Below, one piece after another: positions 52,127 to 61,341 of a DNA stretch of 64,000 bases. The notes beneath the pieces were generated by a model. It was not told the origin of the DNA. It saw nothing but the letters and a program-made list of their open reading frames with translations, and searched no databases. Positions within the stretch are counted from its first letter, which is position 1, and the number at the start of each line of letters is the position of its first letter. This DNA is from Phycisphaerae bacterium (lineage in GTDB: Bacteria; Planctomycetota; Phycisphaerae; UBA1845). The stretch lies in assembly GCA_029260215.1 (NCBI GenBank), contig JAJDDQ010000075.1, forward strand, positions 27,127-91,126. The letters run 5' to 3'. Both the position numbers and the translations under genes were made by a program.

Positions 52127-54850
52127 TTATTCGAGGCGCACGCGTCCGAAAGAACCGCCACGCACACCAAACACGATCGTGCCGCCCACAAGCAGCAACA
52201 AAACCATCAACATCACACCCCATTCCGAAACCGTCGGAATCACCGAACAAGGATTCGGATCGCAGGATCCTCCGGGCGTAAACACATCAGCCGTCCCGTT
52301 GCACAACGATGCCACAACCTCATCACAACTCGCATCGGGACGACAGCACGCACCCGGAAGCTCACAATTCACAAGCCCGCAATCGCTCGCATCTCCCTGA
52401 TAGACACCGCCAAGAGACGTACAAAACGGATCGCTCACGTTCGCAACACACGCACCAGCCGAGCAACACGCCCCGACCACGCACACATTCGCATTTCCCG
52501 GCGTATCCGCACCACCGACCGGATCGTCCGCACCGATCAGCCACGCCCCATTGTCGTTCTGACATCGAAAAACGTGCTGCGGACCAATCCCGCCGTTAGG
52601 CCCAACTGTGTCCGCACAATACGTCGGATCGCCACCGCCGATTTCATCCAAAACCGCCAGGCAATCGAGCATTACCAACCAAGGTGTCACGTCCAGCACG
52701 CCGTCGTCGTTGGTATCAAGGTCTTGATTGTTCACGCCGGAGAATCCGGTCACCAGAAGATGGGTCACATTGTCGCCGTCCTCGAAATTCAACGCGACAA
52801 GCGCATCCGCCACCGCACCAAACGTGTCGCCGTCCTCCGCAGCCAGGAGATACCCATCCGCGGGAATAACGGCGTCACTGAGATCGATAATCGCCTCAAT
52901 TCTACCACCGTCAAACGCGTCACCAATAACCAGATACGTCAGCCCGAACAGCGACGAACCCGGAGGACCGGACAACTCGAAGTATTCATCGTTCTCCGCG
53001 CCAGGCTGGGTAATGCGAATCTCGTTGATCGTGGTGTCGGGGCACGTACCGTTGCAAACTGTTGCATCGCCTTGATAGATACCTCCAACCGCATCGCAGA
53101 AAAACTCGGAGGTTTCCGAACAGGAACCAGGCAAACAACACGCGCCGTCCGGATCAGCCGAACACAACGGAACCAAATCAACACAATCCACACCAGCAGT
53201 GAACGTCAACTGCGGACCGACACAATCGATACTGTCAATCGGGAAGTTGCAAACCCCCGTCAACGCATCGCAACACGCGCCGCTGACAACCGCACACGCG
53301 TTGGCCGCCCCCGGCGTATCGCTACCACCGACCGGATCATCCTGGCCAATCCTCCACACACCCGTTTCATCCGGACATCGAAAAACGTGCATCGGTGCGG
53401 TCAAAATCGCCGAAGGCCCCACCTGCGGCGGACCATAGTGAAACTCGGTGAACGTCGGCGGATTGTCCTCACGAATCACGGCGATGCTGTCGATCAGCTC
53501 CGTTCCAAGCGCGAAATCCAAAACACCGTCATCATTCGTATCGAGATCGTCGCCCACTGAACCCGTGAACTGATACACCAGCATGTGCGTTACATTGTCG
53601 GCATCCTCGAAGTTCAAAGTCGTCGTCAGGTCAGCCGACCCCAGCGTGAATCCACCCGTCGCGATCGTGAAAAATCCACTTGCACCGACGGTCTGCCCGT
53701 TCAGGCTGACCAACTCTTCAATCACACCGCTGCCGCCCGCACCGTCGCCAAGCACCAGATAAGTCACGCCGGCGAGCGAAGTCCCGGGCGCCGCCGCAAG
53801 CTCAACATACTCGTCAACGTCACCACCCGGCTGATCGATGCGAATCTCGTTAATCGAAACGTCCGGCGCGGGCGCACCAGAGAGCATCACGATATCCACA
53901 ACAACGGGCAGATGGTCGGAAGCGGTCAGGCTCGTTACAGAAGGAAGCGGCCCGCCGCAAAGCGCGATCCCCCCGCCGATACCCTCGTCAGCGGAATCAT
54001 AAACCTCCGACGCAACCACCACCGCCGCGTCGCTCGTCCAGATGTAGTCCAATCGACGCCCCGAAGCAGGCCGCGTCGCCGCGTCACCCACCGGAAACAG
54101 TTGAAAAGCATCAACCACAGTTATGTTCTGCGCACCAACGCCCGCCTCCAGCGGGCTGAATACACTGTTGACGAAGCCAGGAACCGGCAGCATAGCCGCC
54201 ATGTCGTTGCCGATCTGAAAACTGATTGGCAAGCCCGCCGGGAGAGAAGTGAAAAGAGCCGGCGAGTTAATCCCGAACTCGTCGTTCATATCACCAAGCA
54301 CCAGGTACGGCACAACCGTCGAATCGTACGCACTCGATATCTGCATCGCACGCGTGGACTCCAGCGAACGCCTGAATTCGTCGTCGTTCCCACCGCCCGA
54401 TTTCCAGTGGTTCCCGATAAGCACCAAGTCCTGCGCGGCACCAGCCACATCGATCTCAGCCACCATAAAATTCCGGGTCAAATCCCGCGATCCGCCGTCG
54501 CCCGAGATCGTGATCGACGTCTCCGTCATCGTCATTGTGAAAGGCCAATCGCGACTCATCACGCCCGTACGCAGCACACCATCGATCGCATTGCTCGTCG
54601 TCGCAATCACCCGGAACGGATAACCCGCCTGATCCGCCAGCGCAGTAAACGCCGCCGTCGAACGCATCTCCTGCACACACACGACATCCGCACAGACGCG
54701 ATTCAATACATCCACCGCCGCTTCGATCTGAGCACCGGTCGTCGTATTGAGATTTTCAATGTTGTACACCGCGATACGAACCGGAACCTGCGCAGACGCG
54801 CAGCACGGGAACGCCACCACAATCAAGGACACAAAAAAGTTTCGCTTCAT
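52127..54850 (-). CDS. ExeM/NucH-like extracellular nuclease: EEP domain + two lamin-tail composite modules + 4 GACC modules + IPTL-CTERM sorting tail
   Basis: ATG 54848-54850. Signal peptide MKRNFFVSLIVVAFPCCASA. EEP motifs IAVYNIENLN, DVVCVQEMRS, LVLGDMNDE and LTASDHLPV. LTDs VSINEIRIDQPGGDVDEYVELA and TTINEIRITQPGAENDEYFELSG. C-terminus IPTVSEWGVMLMVLLLLVGGTIVFGVRGG. Confidence 0.85.
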   Translation of the reverse strand: MKRNFFVSLIVVAFPCCASAQVPVRIAVYNIENLNTTTGAQIEAAVDVLNRVCADVVCVQEMRSTAAFTALADQAGYPFRVIATTSNAIDGVLRTGVMSRDWPFTMTMTETSITISGDGGSRDLTRNFMVAEIDVAGAAQDLVLIGNHWKSGGGNDDEFRRSLESTRAMQISSAYDSTVVPYLVLGDMNDEFGINSPALFTSLPAGLPISFQIGNDMAAMLPVPGFVNSVFSPLEAGVGAQNITVVDAFQLFPVGDAATRPASGRRLDYIWTSDAAVVVASEVYDSADEGIGGGIALCGGPLPSVTSLTASDHLPVVVDIVMLSGAPAPDVSINEIRIDQPGGDVDEYVELAAAPGTSLAGVTYLVLGDGAGGSGVIEELVSLNGQTVGASGFFTIATGGFTLGSADLTTTLNFEDADNVTHMLVYQFTGSVGDDLDTNDDGVLDFALGTELIDSIAVIREDNPPTFTEFHYGPPQVGPSAILTAPMHVFRCPDETGVWRIGQDDPVGGSDTPGAANACAVVSGACCDALTGVCNFPIDSIDCVGPQLTFTAGVDCVDLVPLCSADPDGACCLPGSCSETSEFFCDAVGGIYQGDATVCNGTCPDTTINEIRITQPGAENDEYFELSGPPGSSLFGLTYLVIGDAFDGGRIEAIIDLSDAVIPADGYLLAAEDGDTFGAVADALVALNFEDGDNVTHLLVTGFSGVNNQDLDTNDDGVLDVTPWLVMLDCLAVLDEIGGGDPTYCADTVGPNGGIGPQHVFRCQNDNGAWLIGADDPVGGADTPGNANVCVVGACCSAGACVANVSDPFCTSLGGVYQGDASDCGLVNCELPGACCRPDASCDEVVASLCNGTADVFTPGGSCDPNPCSVIPTVSEWGVMLMVLLLLVGGTIVFGVRGGSFGRVRLE

Positions 54851-55251
54851 TTCCCGCTCGCAACCTTCACGGCACAAACCCAGCCGAACCCGCGACAACG
54901 CGACAGCCGATTTATGCGCGCGCACCACGACTCGTGGCTCCGCTCCATTGTAAGGATTGCGAGGCGTCTCCGATACCTCAAAATCCCCAAACAACCCCAC
55001 CAAACAGCAAAAAAACCGATGAATTGACAGTAGCGAGAAAAAGCGGCAGGCATCGAATCTTCAGGAACAGCCATCCCGAATCTGAAAGTGACATCCGCCT
55101 CGACTCCTCAAACCACGAAATCCCTTCGAACCGTGCCCCAATTACGGTTGAACGAACACCGCCCTTGACGCACAATGGAACCGTACCGGTTCCGTTCAAA
55201 CCGCCGTCCAAGGCACGCAATCGACGGCCCGTCGCCGAAAGGCTTGGTCCC

Positions 55252-56766
55252 ATGACCCAATATTCGCGTAACCCCATGCTCAAACCCATACTTATGGCAT
55301 CCATTGCGGCGGTTCTGGCCGGCTGCACAGACATGCCCATACCCGCCGGTGACAACGCCTCAAACGTGAGCGACAACGGCTCGCCGGACGAAAACGGCGC
55401 ACCGGCTGATCGCGTCGTCTGGGGTGATGCCTTCGATACCCGCGATTCCGGGGCGTTATCAGCGGTTTGGGGCACCGCTCCAGACGACGTGTTCGTTGTC
55501 GGTGGCCAGCGAGAGCAGGCTGAGGTCTACCACTTCAACGGCGAATCGTGGGCAAAAATGGCTGTGCCGGAGGTGCCGATTCTCGTCTGGGTGTTCGGCT
55601 TCAGCCAAAACGACGTCTACGCCGTCGGTGAAGGCGGCGGCATCATCCATTACGATGGCAGCACCTGGAGCGAAATCGAGAGCTTTACCGACGAAGACCT
55701 CTGGGGTGTTTGGGGGGCTTCGCGTGAGGACATCTGGATCGTCGGCGGCGACAGCGACGGTGGCGAGCCGGTTCTCCTGCACTTTGACGGCAGGACCATC
55801 GAGCCTGTAGCCGTCCCCGAAAACGACCGGGCAGCCACAGCTTTGTTCAAAGTCTGGGGCATAGGCCAGAAACTCTTCGCCGTCGGCTCCAACGGTCTGA
55901 TCATCGAATTCGCCGACGGCGTCTGGCAGCAGGTACCCACCGGAGCAGCCGCCAACGACGATTTTGTCTCACTCTGGGGAACGTCCGAAAACAACATTGT
56001 CGCCGTCGGCGGACGCTCCAGCGGGCGCATCGCGCACTACGACGGCCAATCGTGGACCACGCAATTGCTCGCCGGCGTCCCAGGCCTCAATGCCGTCTTC
56101 ATGGTCGACGCCAACCAAGCCCTCGTCGGCGGAGTCAACGGATACGCGGGCACCTTCGACCCGTCGGCCAACACCCTGACAGCCGAGGACACCGGCGCGA
56201 CACAGACGATCCACGGCATCTGGTCCGATAAAATGGGCACGTTTTACGCGATCGGCGGGCGATTCAACGAACCGCTCACCGGCTTGGTCTTGGCGCGAAC
56301 CCTCGGCGAACCGGATTTTGACGTACGCCCGCCGGACGACATCCAACAGCCGCCTCCAACCGAAACAACTCTGACACTCGGCGTCGCCAATGGCCAACCC
56401 TTCAGGCCGCTCGAAAACGGCGATGACTTGCAGGTATTCTCGCAAGGCCAGGGTGGCATCCACGTTTTTCTCAGCTTCAGAACCACCGGTTTCCCCTCGG
56501 AAGCGACCATCGACTTCACCGTAAGCGCCACACGCGCCTCGGACGGCGAAATCGCCATCCGGGAAATCACCCAGCCGGACCGCCTGAACGAAATCGCCCC
56601 CGGCCAACACGAGCGGCTGGACCGCTTTGTCCGTATCACAGCCCTGTTTCCCAGCGAAATTGTCGGCACCGAGGCGATTTTCAACATCACGCTGACCGTC
56701 GCGGACGATCCAACCATTTCCGCGTCTCAGTCAATCACCGTCTTCCTAGTCCCACCGGTCCAATAA
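55252..56766 (+). CDS. lipoprotein with 6-7 bladed beta-propeller-like repeats
   Basis: ATG 55252. Lipobox AAVLAGC. Repeats of the type VWG.s..DV.aVG..G.I.HYDG..W. Confidence 0.7.
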   Translation: MTQYSRNPMLKPILMASIAAVLAGCTDMPIPAGDNASNVSDNGSPDENGAPADRVVWGDAFDTRDSGALSAVWGTAPDDVFVVGGQREQAEVYHFNGESWAKMAVPEVPILVWVFGFSQNDVYAVGEGGGIIHYDGSTWSEIESFTDEDLWGVWGASREDIWIVGGDSDGGEPVLLHFDGRTIEPVAVPENDRAATALFKVWGIGQKLFAVGSNGLIIEFADGVWQQVPTGAAANDDFVSLWGTSENNIVAVGGRSSGRIAHYDGQSWTTQLLAGVPGLNAVFMVDANQALVGGVNGYAGTFDPSANTLTAEDTGATQTIHGIWSDKMGTFYAIGGRFNEPLTGLVLARTLGEPDFDVRPPDDIQQPPPTETTLTLGVANGQPFRPLENGDDLQVFSQGQGGIHVFLSFRTTGFPSEATIDFTVSATRASDGEIAIREITQPDRLNEIAPGQHERLDRFVRITALFPSEIVGTEAIFNITLTVADDPTISASQSITVFLVPPVQ

Positions 56767-57438
56767 ATGCGCCTATGGCGGAACCGATTTCACGAATACC
56801 TCCTGTGTCGGCCTTGGAACATCGTCCTCGGCATCTTTTCCTTTTGGACGGCCTTGGACTACATCGGCTTCTCCCCCGTGTACCGCTCCCCCGGGGTTTG
56901 CGTCGCCGGGCTCGTTCTCTGTGTTCTTAACTGCTACGCGTGGGCACTGCTCCTGAAACCTTTTCAGGCAGTACGCCCACCGGCCTTCGCCGTTCGCGCG
57001 GGAAAGATATGCTGCTTTGCAGGGCTTCTGGTGTGGGTCGCAAGTGCCCTCCTGGTCATTGATGTCACGGTGACACCCAACAAGCGTTGGACGCTTGGAG
57101 ATGCTGAGCTTCGACGAGAAGTTTACGGGGGGAAACCGACCCAGTTCGCGGGTACGCCGGTTTTTCGGGTCCGGTTGAAGCCCACCCTGTTTCCCATCGT
57201 AATTGGCGGCCCATGCGCTTCCTTTGGCTACGGTTCCTCTTTTACGCAGTACTGGCCGACATGGGGGCTTGCCGTGTCGAGCGTCTTGCCAACACTCGTT
57301 CTCGTGTACCTCCGGCGGGAACGAATCAGACCGAATCACTGTTGGAAATGCGATTATTGCCTGACAGGAAACACGAGTGGGCGGTGTCCGGAATGCGGCA
57401 CGTTGTCCAAAAAAAAATGCCCACCTTCTCCGACCTGA
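56767..57438 (+). CDS. multi-pass membrane protein with C-terminal CxxC...CxxC zinc-ribbon
   Basis: ATG immediately follows the upstream TAA (TAAATG). Four or five hydrophobic segments. Tail HCWKCDYCLTGNTSGRCPECGT. Confidence 0.55.
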   Translation: MRLWRNRFHEYLLCRPWNIVLGIFSFWTALDYIGFSPVYRSPGVCVAGLVLCVLNCYAWALLLKPFQAVRPPAFAVRAGKICCFAGLLVWVASALLVIDVTVTPNKRWTLGDAELRREVYGGKPTQFAGTPVFRVRLKPTLFPIVIGGPCASFGYGSSFTQYWPTWGLAVSSVLPTLVLVYLRRERIRPNHCWKCDYCLTGNTSGRCPECGTLSKKKCPPSPT

Positions 57439-57648
57439 AGGTGGGCTACTTCCGGCACGATGGGCGAGCCGACAACATCGCGCCGAAAGTACTGCGAAAA
57501 ATACGTTTTTGGGCGGCGGAACTCCTTGGCGTTTCTGTCTTCGCGACCGGTTCCAAGCTCCCGCCGGGGAACGGACGCACGGCGGACTCGTCGCCGGTCA
57601 TGAAATACCGCGTGGTTGCGGCTATGATTCCGCCGGAGTCGCTCTCAA

Positions 57649-58545
57649 TTGAGCGGGAGGCGCAACATTAGCCGTTCAAAGCCATCTCAAAGCAGGGATT
57701 TTCGGAACCACAGCCGGGATTGGCGCGGTTTTGCCTATGTGTACCCGGTCATCTCGCGCAGAAGCCGGGGGCTGAGCATCGGCGTAAACCTCAACCCCGA
57801 CAAAGCCTGCAACTTCGACTGCATTTATTGTCAGGTGGATCGATCCGTCCCGCCTACCGTTCGGCGTGTGGATTTGGACAAGCTGAGCAAGGAGCTTGAT
57901 TCCCTGCTGGCTGACGCGGTCAGCGGCGGATTTTTCGATCAGCCGGAATTCGCCGGTACGCCTCGCGACCTGCGCCGCCTGAACGACATCGCCTTCAGCG
58001 GGGACGGGGAGCCGACGACTTGCCCTCAGTTTGCGGAATGCGTCGGCTTGACTGCCGAACTCAAACGCAAGCACGGTGCTGACGACGCCAGGATCATCCT
58101 CATCACGGACGCGTGTTATTTGAGTCGGCCCGAGGTGCTTGCGGGGCTTGACATTATGGACCGGAACAACGGCGAAATCTGGGCAAAGCTCGATGCCGGC
58201 ACGGAGGCTTACTACCAACTCGTTAATCGGCCTAACTTCCCGCTGGAGCACGTTGTCGAGAATATTCTCACCGCCGCCCGGGTCAGGCCTGTCGTTATTC
58301 AGTCGATGTTCGCGAATGTGAAAGGCCAACCGCCGCCCGAAGAAGAGATTCGCGCATTTTGCGACCGATTGAATTTCATGAAAGATCGGGGGGCACAGTT
58401 CAAGCTCGTGCAGATTTACACAGTAGCGCGCGACACGGCTGAGTTGTATGTGCGCGCCTTGACCGATGCTGAAGTCGACGCCATCGCATCGACCGTGCGC
58501 ACCGCCACCGGCCTGCCCACCGAATCGTACTATGGCCGATCGTAG
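57649..58545 (+). CDS. radical SAM protein (COG0731-like Fe-S oxidoreductase), start uncertain
   Basis: YVYPVISRRSRGLSIGVNLNPDKACNFDCIYCQV carries the CxxxCxxC cluster motif; also GDGEPT. The TTG at 57649 is the first in-frame start, and no ATG lies near the N-terminus. Confidence 0.8.
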   Translation: MSGRRNISRSKPSQSRDFRNHSRDWRGFAYVYPVISRRSRGLSIGVNLNPDKACNFDCIYCQVDRSVPPTVRRVDLDKLSKELDSLLADAVSGGFFDQPEFAGTPRDLRRLNDIAFSGDGEPTTCPQFAECVGLTAELKRKHGADDARIILITDACYLSRPEVLAGLDIMDRNNGEIWAKLDAGTEAYYQLVNRPNFPLEHVVENILTAARVRPVVIQSMFANVKGQPPPEEEIRAFCDRLNFMKDRGAQFKLVQIYTVARDTAELYVRALTDAEVDAIASTVRTATGLPTESYYGRS

Positions 58546-58774
58546 GGACGATTGACGACACGGCTGAAGAGTTTCGGATGTGCAATTCGATTCAACCGTT
58601 TGCTCATCGAAGGGCCGGGCGGACGGAATTGCCTTGCTGGGGTTGTACCCGTCCGCCCTCTTATTCATGTGGCATGCACGTGCATGCTCATGCTTCGATC
58701 AATTTCGTTCCGATAACCACTTTTTCTGTCTACAGTAGAAGCCGCCTCCTTACGGTCGGTGCAGAAAAACGACG

Positions 58775-59980
58775 CTAATTGTTCACGGGGATCACGAGGC
58801 GCTGAAAAACAGCGAAGTCACGAAAGTCGATATCGCCGTCCAAATCGAGGTCGAATATATCAAGACACACGGGCGGCATCCGCACACCGCACGCGACGTT
58901 GCTCATGCAGTTCTGCATGGATTCAAAATCGAATCGGTCGATACGACCATCGCCTGTGAAATCCCCTGGTGCCCGAACCCGCCACATCAACCAAATGTCT
59001 TTCTCGGGAAGATCTCCCAACTCAAGCGATACCTCCCCGAGATCGTTGATATCTGCGCCGCTTATTCCCAAAGCTGCGGAGTTCGTGAGTTGGTATCTGT
59101 TTTCCCCACGTTCCAAAAACGGAGTCCAGAACTCCCCCGTCCATCGTGGCCACATAAGATCACCACCGTTGTTCAATAAGGGCCCACGGTCATCGAAGCC
59201 GGTAAACGGAACTGCTGTCGTGATTCCGTTGTTCCATCGCTTCAATCCATTCTGGTGCCAACCCACGACACCGTCATCACTTATGGTACATCCCTGTGCC
59301 TGTGTTGTTCCGTCAGTCAGCTCATGCGTAGCACCATCGACAAAGCATAAGATCGTCGATCGCCACGACGGCTCTACGCTGAAGTCGTAAGCGATCCACG
59401 CGTAATCTTCGTCCTCGTTGATTCGCACGCAGGCGTTGGCTAGCCCGTTGTTCGTAACCTGTGTTACGATGCCGTCACGGTACTGCACCAATTCCACCAT
59501 CTCACCGGTCGGGCCTCGCGACCACATGATCAGCCCGGTATCGGCAATGTCGGGCCGAGCATCATGCACGTCGTTGTCCGTTAGCTGCTCAATCACGCCA
59601 TCGCGCCAGCGGAACACCTCCGTGTCGTCACCGGCGAACGCGGCTTGCCTGTACCAAACGATGGTGCCGTTATCATTTATCCTGGCCCCTTGGTCCTGAA
59701 AATTGTCGAACGTAAGTCGTCGCAGTTTGCCGTTGTCGTAGAGGAAGATTTCTTCACGCGCGCTGTCCGGCATCCGCTTGGAGAACACGATCTGGCCAAT
59801 GTTGTTCATGGCCACGTGTTCGTCGAGTTCGGGATCGTCGGTGATTTTGACGATTTCCCAGCCCGGCGGTGGACCTTGGATGATCGCTGGCCCCGGTCTT
59901 TCGGCGCGGGTGGTAGGTGTGGTAAACAGGGCGGACAACAACAACGCGGCGCATACCGCGACTTCGGCGAGTTTTGACAT
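58775..59980 (-). CDS. secreted repeat protein (beta-propeller-like ..DG....LT....IN..G.IVW units) with C-terminal dockerin-like domain
   Basis: ATG 59978-59980 follows GGAG. Signal peptide MSKLAEVAVCAALLLSALFTTPTTRA. Tail GDFTGDGRIDRFDFESM...LDLDGDIDFRDFAVFQRL. Confidence 0.7.
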   Translation of the reverse strand: MSKLAEVAVCAALLLSALFTTPTTRAERPGPAIIQGPPPGWEIVKITDDPELDEHVAMNNIGQIVFSKRMPDSAREEIFLYDNGKLRRLTFDNFQDQGARINDNGTIVWYRQAAFAGDDTEVFRWRDGVIEQLTDNDVHDARPDIADTGLIMWSRGPTGEMVELVQYRDGIVTQVTNNGLANACVRINEDEDYAWIAYDFSVEPSWRSTILCFVDGATHELTDGTTQAQGCTISDDGVVGWHQNGLKRWNNGITTAVPFTGFDDRGPLLNNGGDLMWPRWTGEFWTPFLERGENRYQLTNSAALGISGADINDLGEVSLELGDLPEKDIWLMWRVRAPGDFTGDGRIDRFDFESMQNCMSNVACGVRMPPVCLDIFDLDLDGDIDFRDFAVFQRLVIPVNN

Positions 59981-60319
59981 AGCGCATCTCCAAGACGCGC
60001 CCGGTCGGAAGGAGCGCGTACGGTTATCTTACCAGCTTCAGCCCGCTGGATTCGCGATTTCGAGCCTTTATCGCATCGAGTAACAGGTCATCCCTCGAAA
60101 ATCGAAAGTCGAAAGCAGAAAACCGACATTGGGTAGGTGCTGGTTCCACAGGGGACGCCTCTTGACGTCGTAGCGTCTGCTAAGCGGCAAGCCACGGTTA
60201 CACTTACTGACCCTTTCGGGGCGGACCGGGCCATGCCACACGCGGTTTGAACCACTATTGAATGCACTTGCGGTGAATTCAACGCTTGTGGCAGTTTGCG
60301 GTGGGGAATGTGTGAACGT

Positions 60320-60346
60320 CCGCGCGAACTGAAGTTCACGGCTCGC
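60320..60346. repeat. dispersed hairpin repeat, family C
   Basis: CCGCGCGAACTGAAGTTCACGGCTCGC has one mismatch to 2964-2990. Confidence 0.65.
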
Positions 60347-61341
60347 TGCGCTGCGTGAGCGTGTGTCACCCGAGTCGGCTCCGTGGACTCCTGAATGCGC
60401 GTGGGTGCAGGGGTGTCAAAATGCGCACGCGGCCAATCATCTGATGGATTCCATCCACCGGGTTCGCGACTCACTTTAGGAGGCGGTGAATTCACGAGCT
60501 GTTATCGGGGATTGCGTTTTGCGATTGCACAAACTCTTTGGGGCCGGGGTTTATGTGGAGTCTGATGCGGCAAAGGTCGATGAACGCGAAAGAGAGCGGA
60601 GAAACTGCTCATGCTTGCAAGTCACATTACGTTTCATTTCGGATCGGTCGTTAACGCTCACGGAGTCATGCCATGCTGGATCTTTTCCTGCGTCTGCTCG
60701 GACCGTTGCTGTCGTTCATCGATCAAATCCCTGCTTAGGAGATATACTGCTTATGATTGAGGTCATCACACAGATCGACGACATTGTCATCGACGCCCGC
60801 AGCTGACAGTCCGGCTGTCTGTCGCATTGGTCGACAGACACCGCGCGGTTCAGAGGCGACAGGCGTTCCGAGTTTGGGTTCTTTTCCCGGTAAGTCTTCG
60901 GGAAGAGGGCCCTTTTTGATAGCTTCGCCACGGCCTGGCTGCGCCGGGTACATGACAGCTTGGGCGGAATCTCAATTCTCGTATCGGAACAGGAGAGTGG
61001 TGCTTGGCGCTGTTCATTATCCGGCCGCTCCCTTCACGCTTCCGCATTGGGCGCGTTCAGTGTCGCGGTTCTGATAAGTCACAATCGCCCCGCCGGAAGC
61101 GTCAGCGCCAGACCGTGTCACCCGGAATGGGGTGCATCCGTTCCCCATCCGGCGCGGAGGCCGATCGTCGTCGTTTCGCTCGCGACGCGACTCCCAATTT
61201 GACATGTACGGCGGATTCTTGGTAGGGACAGTGGGTGGACACTTTTTTCCATGTAGAATGGAATGGCTCGCCGGCGGTCACGGTGGGCATTGCTGCGTGA
61301 CACTTTGTCACCCGACATCACTTCAGCCTGGAGGACGCGCC

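Noticed and set aside
52109-55027. Two ~480-aa plus-strand ORFs (52109-53560, 53585-55027)
   Set aside because: Both are antisense to the 52127-54850 nuclease gene. Their products are Arg/His/Thr-rich low-complexity sequence.
60673-60806. Two mini-ORFs (21 and 17 aa) as genuine peptide genes
   Set aside because: I see no support for them as genes beyond an SD-like motif for the second. They are kept only as a low-interest note within the spacer finding.
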